A stretch of 64,000 bases of DNA from Anaeramoeba ignava BMAN (lineage: Eukaryota; Protista; Anaeramoebae). The notes beneath the pieces are model-generated. The model was not told where the DNA came from, ran no database searches, and saw only the letters and a program-made list of their open reading frames with translations. Below, in pieces: positions 54,548-64,000 of this stretch. The stretch's first letter is position 1. Every line of letters starts with the position of its first letter. The stretch is from contig JAPDFW010000002.1 of NCBI GenBank assembly GCA_028826165.1, forward strand, positions 1-64,000, given 5' to 3'. A program made the translations under genes and the position numbers.

Positions 54548-57500
54548 ATGTCACAAGTTGTTTTTCAATTATCAGAATTATTGGAAAAACAAAAAGATTT
54601 AGAAACAAATTATTTCAAAGAAAATGAAGCAATTCATAAGATATGGCAAGAATTTAAACCAGAATTTGAAGCAGTTAGTTTTCAAAATTATAAAAAAAAA
54701 TAATTTTTTTTTCTTTTTTTTCCTTTTTTTCCTTTTTTTTTTTTTTTTTTGCTTTTTAATTTATAATCAAACAAAATAAAAATTTAAAACTTAGTTCGAA
54801 ATTGTTCAACAAATGAAAAAATTTGCTCCTTTATTTATTGAAACTTATTTTGATTGGAGACCTATTGAAGAAAAAACTGGAATTTCTGATTTTGAATTAT
54901 TACCTGATGATTTTAAATATCAACGTGAATTAAATCCAGAAGAAATTATTTCCGCTATTGAAAATCATTCAGCTCATCCTTTACAATTAATTAATTTTGT
55001 TATATCATATGATTGCTTTTCCTATTCTTTAATTTCTCGTAAATATTTGAAATTCAAAATTTAAAATCAAAATCAAAATCAAAATCAAAATCAAAATCAA
55101 AAACAAAAATCAAAATCAAAATCAAAATTTAAATCAAAAATCAAAATCCAAATCCAAATCCAAATCAAAATCAAAATCAAAATCAAAATCAAAATCCAAA
55201 TCCAAATCCAAATTAAAATCCAAATCCAAATCCAAATCCAAATCAAAATCAAAATTTAAATCCAAATCAAAATCAAAATCAAAATCAAAATCAAAATCAA
55301 AATCTAAATCTAAATCAAAATTAAAATTAAAATCAAAATCAAAATCAAAATCAAAATCAAAATCAAAATGAAAATCAAAATCAAAATCAAAATCAAAATC
55401 AAAATCAAAATCCAAATCAAAACCAAAATCAAAATCAAAATCAAAATTTAAATCCAAATCCAAATCCAAATCAAAATCAAAATCAAAATTAAAATCAAAA
55501 TCAAAATCCAAATTAAAATCAAAATCCAAATCCAAATTAAAATCCAAATCCAAATCAAAACCAAAATTAAAATCTAAATCAAAATTAAAATCCAAATCCA
55601 AATTAAAATCAAAATCAAAATTAAAATCAAAATCAAAATCCAAATTAAAATCAAAATCCAAATCCAAATTAAAATCCAAATCCAAATCAAAATCCAAATC
55701 AAAATCAAAATTTAAATCAAAATCAAAATCCAAATCAAAATCCAAATCCAAATTAAAATCAAAATCAAAATCAAAATCAAAATCCAAATCCAAATCCAAA
55801 TCAAAATCAAAATTTAAATCCAAATCCAAATCAAAATCAAAATCAAAATCAAAATCAAAATTAAAATCAAAATCAAAACAAAAATTAAAATTTAAATCAA
55901 AATTAAAATCAAAATTTAAATCAAAATTAAAATCAAAATCAAAATTAAAATCAAAATCAAAATCCAAACAAAAATCAAAATCCAAATTAAAATCAAAATC
56001 AAAATCAAAATCAAAATCAAAATTAAAATCAAAATCAAAATCAAAATCAAAATTAAAATTAAAATTAAAATTAAAATCAAAATTAAAATTAAAATTCTAA
56101 ATCAAAATTAAAATCCAAATTAAAATCAAAATCAAAATCAAAATCAAAATGAAAATTAAAATCAAAATCAAAATGAAAATGAAAATCAAAATCAAAATTA
56201 AAATCAAAATCAAAATCAAAATCAAAATCAAAATCAAAATTAAAATTAAAATTAAAATTAAAATCAAAATTAAAATTAAAATTCTAAATCAAAATTAAAA
56301 TCCAAATTAAAATCAAAATCAAAATCAAAATCAAAATCAAAATCCAAATCAAAATCAAAATCAAAATCAAAATCAAAATCCAAATCCAAATTGAAAATCA
56401 AAATCAAAATCAAAATTAAAATCAAAATCAAAATCAAAATCAAAATTTAAATTTAAATTTAAATTAAAATCCAAATAAAAATCAAAATCAAAATGAAAAT
56501 TAAAATCAAAATCAAATTCAAAAAAAAAAGATAAAGTGTCAAACTTTAAATTAGATATTCTGAATGATATGAAAGAAAATGAAAATGAAAATGAAAATGA
56601 AAATGAAAATGAAAATGAAAAGGAAAAGGAAAATCAAAATGAAAATCAAAATGAAAATGAAAAGGAAAAGGAAAATCAAATTGAAAAGGAAAAGGAAAAT
56701 GAAAATGAAAATCAAAATCAAAATCAAAATGAAAAGGAAATCAAAATTGAAATTGAAACAGATCCAAATTTATCCCAAGAATCAAATGAATCAATAAAAA
56801 TGGAAAAAGAAAAAAAATTTCTCCAAAAAGCTATTCAAAAATATCCACAATTTACTCTGAAAAAAACAAAAAATTCATTTGATATTTCAAAAGAAATTGA
56901 TTTCAATTCACTTCGCTCTCTTCAAATGATATCAATTTTATCAAGATCAAAATACAATAGATCTATTCTTCATTCATTCAATATTTTAGAAATATTGGTC
57001 TCTTATATAAAATTAATAACTCAAATAACCAATATAATTCAAATTCAAAGAGTATTATTCTTTTCTTTCATTTAATTTCATTCTAAAAAAAAAAACAATC
57101 CTTATTAAAATCAATTTTTTCTTAAAGAAAAAAAAACCAGAACTTGCGGTTAATAATCTTTTCATGGTTCAATTTATTCATACACAAATTTTGGATATTA
57201 TTTCTAAATTTTTTAAAATGAATGAAGTTTTACCTCCTCGTGAATTCTTAGTTGAAGCAAAAAACCAAAAATTAATTGAATCATTATTAAGTAATTTGCT
57301 TTTATTTTCTTTTTTTATTTTGTTTTTTATTTGAATGATTGGAAATTAAATTATTTATTCTGTATTTAGATTGTTTTGAAGAAATGTTAAAACTCAAACA
57401 ATCATTTCTTTTTACAAGAAAACAGTATGATCTATTATTAACTCATGTTGATATTTTGGAAAATTTGACAAATTTTGGGATTTATACAGAAGAAGATCAA

Positions 57501-60500
57501 GCAAATATTGTGAAATTACTAATTAATTTTTTTAAACAACCAAATTTATCACTTCCAAATCTTGGTATAAATCAAAATGAAAATGAAAATGAAAATCAAA
57601 ATGAAAATCAAAATGAAAATCAAAATCAAAATGAAAATCAAAATCAAAATCAAAATCAAAATCAAAATCAAAATCAAAATCAAAATCAAAATCAAAATCA
57701 AAATCAAAATCAAAATCAAAATCGAAATCAAAATCAAAATCAAAATCAAAATCAAAATCAAAATCAAAATCAAAATCAAAATCAAAATCAAAATGAAAAT
57801 GAAAATCAAAATCAAAATCAAAATCAAAATCAAAATCAAAATCAAAATCAAAATCAAAATCAAAATCAAAATCAAAATGAAAATGAAAATGAAAAATCAA
57901 AAAAATGAAAATGAAAAAATGAAAAATCAAAAATGAAAAATGAAAATCAAAATGAAAATGAAAAATGAAAATCAAAATGAAAATCAAAATGAAAAATGAA
58001 AAATCAAAAAAAAAAATAAAAAAATCAAAATCAAAATGAAAATGAAAATGAAAATCAAAATCAAAATCAAAATCAAAATCAAAATGAAAATGAAAATCAA
58101 AATCAAAATCAAAATCAAATGAAAATCAAAATCAAAATCAAAATCAAAATCAAAATCAAAATCAAAATGAAAATCAAAATCAAAATCAAAATCAAAATGA
58201 AAATGAAAATCAAAATCAAAATGAAAATCAAAATGAAAATGAAAATCAAAATCAAAATCAATCAATTGTTATTTATGAAAAATCACTTTCTGATCTTTAT
58301 AACACAAAATTCTTCAATTTTGAAATTGCTTCTCGAAAAACAATTAAATTAAATTCCACTTATTCGAATTTATCTCTTCAGGAAAACGGTTTGATTGATA
58401 AATTTACTTTAAATCACTTGGAATTTCAATTATTTGATATTAGTATGAATTTCCTCTTCAATTTGATCAAAGATTTGGGGATTGAGGAACTTATAGCTAA
58501 TTGCAATATGATTCACAATATAAGAGAATTCACACTTTGGACTTTCATCAAATTAAACTCCTTTTTAACTTCGAAAAAAAAACAAAAAGAAACTGAAAAT
58601 TCAATTCAAAACAATGATGATAATAATAATGATAATGATAATAACCAAAGTATATTTTAATTACAGAAAATTGAATTTTTTCATTTATTAATAATTATTT
58701 TTTTGTTTTTTTGTATTTTTTTTTGTTTGTTTGATTTAAATTGATCCATTTTATTAGTTCAAACTCCAAAAGAAAATGACGATCCAAAAAACAAAATTTC
58801 TTTGGAAAACTTTGATTTCTCGAAATCACAAGAAATCTCTAGATTCATTAAAAACACATATTTTATTAACAAAGAACAACAAAACCGTTCTCAAAGAAAA
58901 TATCCAAATGAACCCTATCTTGATCAACTATTCCAAAAATTCCGCTTATTTATAAATACAGAATTCTCTCAAAAAATAAATCCTTTAAACAAATACATTC
59001 TCCAAAAATTAAAAAGTTTACGAATTGATGAAAAAAATACGGCAAATACCCAGAAGATATCAGAAAAACATAACGTCTCCTCGTTTCTTATTAGATTCTT
59101 TTACATTTTTGCTGAAATTTTTGTTGAATTTCAAAATGATCCTCCTTTAGTTACAAAAAGTCTTCACAAGCTCAAAAATGAATATCCTGCTCTTCAATTC
59201 TATATTTTACTTGAATTGGAAAAGGATTTCCAGCCTGATGACTGGAGATCCATTTATCCTAAACAATTTTGGGAAGCTTTTCTTTCAGATTATTTTCTGT
59301 TCGATCCTCAAAAAATTACACAAAAAAACAACCCAAAACTCCTTTCATTCCGCAAATCTTTATCAACATTACTGATGAAAATCTCTTCCTACTTGATTTT
59401 AAATAATCAAACCTCAGTTTATGATCTCAATACAATTGCAGAAAAGAATTCCAATAATTTCAATATATTGTCGTTTTGGAGCAAAATCATGTCTTATATT
59501 TTCACTCAAAATTTAGTCAAAATCATCAACAAATTATCTAAAATGAATGGGTTTGAAACTTTCACAAATATTCTTTGTCATTTAGTTTCTTCATCTTCGG
59601 CCCAAGACACAAGATATCAAAAATTAATATCAAAAATTATGGGAATTTTCCATATATTCTTGTGTTATAAAAAAAATCATTTGCGTTTGTTCAATCATAA
59701 AACAACTTATGAAGTTTTATTATCTTGGATTTTACATCCACAAACACAAAAATTTTCCATTTATCATTTGTGTGAAATGTTGAAAAAAATCCCAGAAAAT
59801 TATTATGAATTGAATATTTTACCTTTTATTAATGAAATTATTTCAGAAATCTTTTTACGCGAAAAATCAGTATTAGTAATTAAAAGATCTCAAATATTTG
59901 AAAATCAAAATGAAAATCAAAATGAAAATCAAAATGAAAATCAAAATGAAAATCAAATTCAAATTCAAAATGAAAATCAAAATGAAAATCAAAAAAATGA
60001 TTTTTATGATGTGAAAGCAATTAAAATAATCCTGAATTTGTTCTCAACTGCAATTCAAAAAAATCGAAAACCTATTCAAAAAATATTTTTTGAAACAGAA
60101 TTATTTATAAATCTATACAGTTTACTCGGTATCGAAAGAATAAAACAAAATTTATTCATGGATATTCTAGGATTATTTTCTGATTTAATGTCCCAAAATC
60201 CAGAGAATGTGGAGAAATTTAAAAGAAATATTGGATTTGATGCTTTTTTAATTGCACTTGAACAATTTCCAGAAAATGCTAATCCAAGAACAGTCTATCA
60301 AATTTTAATGAGAATGGTGATGAGAAAAGATCTTTCTACTGGAGATAACTATATCATCGAAAATCCTGATTTTCTAAAACTAATTTTTTCTCTCATCTCA
60401 AAATCACCTGAACACGAAGTCATTTTTATTGAAATGATCGAAACATTCTACAAAATATGCAAGCAATCCATTCAAAACACTCTTCAATGTTGTTATGGAG

Positions 60501-63500
60501 GAATAATCACTTTCTTGGTTGAACTTGCTCCCAAAATCAGAAATTTAAAAATTTTGGAAAAACTCATGTCGTTCATTTCTCTTTTGGGTTCGAATTGGAT
60601 CACATCTTACGAACTCAAAATGATAATGAAATTGCTAGGAAAATCCCTGCAATATTATAACAAAAAACTGGCTTATATTTATTCCAAAAATTTGGCTTAT
60701 TTAATTTCTCAAAAACCAAATGGCGAATTGGATTTTTTTGATTTCTATTCAAAGAATTCTTATATTCAACTCCCAGAAATGAAAAAGAAAGGATCAAGTG
60801 TTGGGCTCTCATTCTGTACTTGGATTAAATTTGATATCTTCTCACCTCGTTCTGATACCAATCAAAAATACAAACCAAGAATTTTGGGTTTTGCAAATGA
60901 TCAACTAGAAGGATTCGAATTGTATATCAACTTCAACCAAAATGAAAATTATTTAAATAAAAACCAAATCAAAAATAAAGCAAACATTGATATCATATTT
61001 ACATTGAAAATATCTTTCAAAAACAAAAACCGTTACACTTATAATTTTATAGTGCCTGCCAATAACATTCAAGAAAATAAATGGAATTTTATTGCTCTAA
61101 CTCAAAAATATGTGTGGTCAAGCGGAAAAAGAATATCCTTATTTATCAACGATAAATTCAAGGAATCGATAGAAATCAAACTTCCAGAAATGCAAAAAAA
61201 ATTATTCTCTCATATCATTATTGGCACACAAAATCCCCTTTTAACTAAAAAAACAGAAGTTATTAATGCTAAAAACAAAACATTTCGTGGTAAAATGGGC
61301 TCTATTTTTGTTTTCAAAAAGGCTCTATCAGAGAAACAAATTGCTTCAATTTATGTTCTTTATCCTTACTCTATTTCTGAGGAAATTAGACATAATCCTA
61401 TTTCTCTTTCTGTTGATACCCTGTTTAAAAAATTGATGACAGAAAGCGTTTTTGTTTTGAAACCAAAAGATATTAATACCAAATTATCATTCAAAAAAAA
61501 TCATCTTTTTGATCTGGAAAATGGACTTAAGTATAATGATATTTTTCCTTGTTGTTTATCACCAGCATCCACTCATCTATTATCTGTTGGAGGTTCTCAT
61601 ACTTTCATTTCTTTTTTTATTGAATTAAGTTATCATATGAACAAAATAAGAAATGAAATTGAAATTGAATTTGAAACTGAAACTGAAACAACGGAAACTG
61701 ATAACCATGAAAATGATGAAAATGATGAAAATAATGAAAATAATGAAAATGATGAAAATAATGAGAATAATAATAACAATAACAATAACAATAACAATAA
61801 TTCAATAGATTTACAAATTGAAATTGAAAATGAAATTGAAAATGAAAATCAAAATGAAGATGAAAATCAAATTGAAAACCAAATTAAAAACCAAATTGAA
61901 AATCAAATGGAAATCGAAATGGAAATAGAAAAAGAAGATAACAAAGTTGATCCAAGCGTTTTTGAGAAATTATCCCAAATATTTGTGGTGGTTTTCCTCC
62001 AAAAAGAATTCCGCAAAGATATGAAAAAGAAACATGGATTCTCTCTTTTAAATAACATATTCAGAAACACTTCATTTAAATTATTCGAAAATGAAATTTT
62101 TAATCTTGTTAAAACTTTACTTCTTCTAACCACAGATCGCAAAACTTTGGAAAGACTTAAAATCGAATTTCTTCTTGATCTTAACATCTTTTATCATTTC
62201 AGCTTCAGGTTTCATAAAGCATTTATCCAAATTCTTTCAGAATACATTTATATAAATCTTGAAAAAGAAGATTCAGAAACATCTCAACTCTCGTCTTCAC
62301 AACCACCATCTATCAGTGCAGAAACACCAGAAATCGATAGAGAACCAATGACACCAAAAAAAGAGAAAAAGATTTCCAAAAAAAAGGTCAATACATCAAT
62401 AAGAGAAATAATAAATGGGGGTGAGTTGATCAAAAAACAAAAGAAATCCTCTTTATCGATTGAATTCTTTGATCTTTTGAATGTGTTATATTTTTACGAT
62501 AATCTCCTGAATACTTTCATTTCTCCAAAAGAATCTGGAAATTCTAATAATGAACAATCAAACAGGATTGAACTAAAAGCTGAGCAAATCCAAGAAATTG
62601 CAAATCAAATCCTAAAATTGATAGAAGATCAAATAATCAATGAAAAAGAGGAAACAAGAAAAATTCAGTATTTCGAATCATTGATCTCGAGTTGCAATAT
62701 TTTGAAAACCATATATTTCAAAGAAATTACCACAACCTCCATTTCAAATTTAGTTTTGCAAAATGCTCTTCTTAGAGATATTCTTTCGCAAATACCGAAA
62801 ATTAGGGAGGTTGCTTTATATTTATTGGAAAAAACAAACAGTGTGATTGTCATGAATAACATACTACAATTAATACTAATTCTTGAATCTCGTTATCCTC
62901 TACAAAACTCAGAATTATTCACTCAAGAAGAATCAACTAAATTCACAATGAACTATTCTTTGATTATTAGCAACTTAATCTCAAGCAAAATTTTTGATAA
63001 TAATACAACCAAATCAGTATATGAAATATTCCAAAATACATATTGCAAAAACCCAAAAGATATTCAAAGCATTTACTATTTGAATAGTCTTTGTGAAATG
63101 AGCGAAAAACAAAACGAAGAAATTTGTGTTGAAATATTTTCATCCTTTTTATCTTTATTGGATCCTAAAGAAAATGAATTGAATGCTGAAAACGCCAATA
63201 TGATAAAAGAAAAACTTCTCAAAAATGAAAGTTGGCAGTTTTCTTTCTTGAGATTAATCTATCCCGAATTCATCTTAGAATTTTCCAAAATTGAAAATGA
63301 AAATGAAAATGAAAATGAAATTGAAAATGAAAATCAAAATGAAAATGAAAATGAAAATGAAAATGAAATTGAAAATCAAAATCAAAATCAAAATCAAATT
63401 GAAAATCAAAACCAAAATCAAAATCAAAATCAAAATCAAAATCAAAATCAAAATCAAATTGAAAATCAAAACCAAAATCAAAATGAAAATCAAAATCAAA

Positions 63501-64000
63501 ATCAAAATCAAAACAAAAATGAAAAAAGTGAAAATTTTATAAATATTCGTTTAAGAATTATGAAAATTATTTTTGGAATTTTTCGACAAATTCATCTTTA
63601 TTCTTTTGTGCAAAATCCAAAACTTTCATTCCAAAGAGAATTTGAAAGAATTTTATTTTTTGTTGGTTTCTCATTCAAAAATAAGCCAGATCAAAGATTT
63701 ATCCTTTTCAATTTATTATCAAATATTCTGGAAGATTTGACTTCTTGGATTGAAAACTCGTTAATTGATCTAAACTCTGATTATTCTTTTTCCAAAAATT
63801 TAGTTTATCTCACAAATTTAATCTATTGTTTAGCTTTTGAGCAAAAATACAATTTTGATTTAGAACCTGATATTAATGATTTGAAGAAAGCAAAAAAAAC
63901 AATTTCAACAAGTCTAAGCGTCTCAAAGATATCTCCTTATAATCGCAAAAAAGGTAGCTTGAAAATAATGAAACAATACAAAGATCGAGTATTTGAGTCT
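54548..64000 (+). CDS. Very large protein, probably BEACH family (armadillo-like region + ConA/LamG-like domain); multi-exon, continues beyond the window
   Basis: Spliced start MSQVVFQLSELL, and a frame that appears open from about 58758 to 64000. The ConA-like segment at about 60730-61360 (FFDFYSKNSYIQLP..GLSFCTWIKFD..KWNFIALTQ..ISLFIND..FRGKMGSIFVFKKALSEKQIASIY) follows ENVEKFKRNIGF and IIENPD, as in NBEA/LRBA/Lvs proteins. The BEACH domain itself is not in the window. Confidence 0.65.
55039..56530 (+). repeat. Intron filled with (AAAATC/AAATCC/AAAATT)n
   Basis: 1492-bp GT..AG intron; it contains stops in the NQ frame. Confidence 0.85.

Overview
AT-rich, intron-containing eukaryotic DNA in the standard genetic code (TAA, TAG and TGA stops all used). 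The gene families (RCC1-BTB, BTB-BACK-TLDc), the (AATCAA)n poly-NQ tracts and the bacterial-type nitroreductase suggest an anaerobic protist, possibly Anaeramoeba-like (inference only). I reconstructed 16 genes by hand, most of them spliced: RCC1-BTB (partial), nitroreductase, Bet3/TRAPPC3, BTB-BACK-TLDc, Ras-family GTPase, Rab2-like GTPase, TBC1D22/Gyp1-like RabGAP, Pcf11, RalGAP-alpha-like, PUF60-like, SAM methyltransferase, USP, RasGAP-PH, a GC-rich beta-helix/Cys-rich/multi-TM surface protein, a tandem DH-PH RhoGEF and a BEACH-family-like protein (runs off the window). Most intergenic gaps are about 130-500 bp, whereas many introns are inflated to 0.7-2 kb by a simple repeat specific to each intron. 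There are also two intergenic satellites (23 bp and about 144 bp units). Most interesting: (1) the splicing landscape, with repeat-inflated introns purged of sense-strand AG, poly-A rather than polypyrimidine acceptors, and a PUF60 whose RNA-binding RRMs look degenerate; (2) a candidate autoregulatory attenuator or poison cassette in Pcf11 intron 1; (3) a head-to-head Rab2/RabGAP pair inside a small-GTPase-rich neighbourhood; (4) the GC-anomalous receptor-like gene with a duplicated cytoplasmic motif. Several single-base frameshifts in homopolymers are most likely assembly errors. Coordinates were counted by hand and may be off by a few bases.
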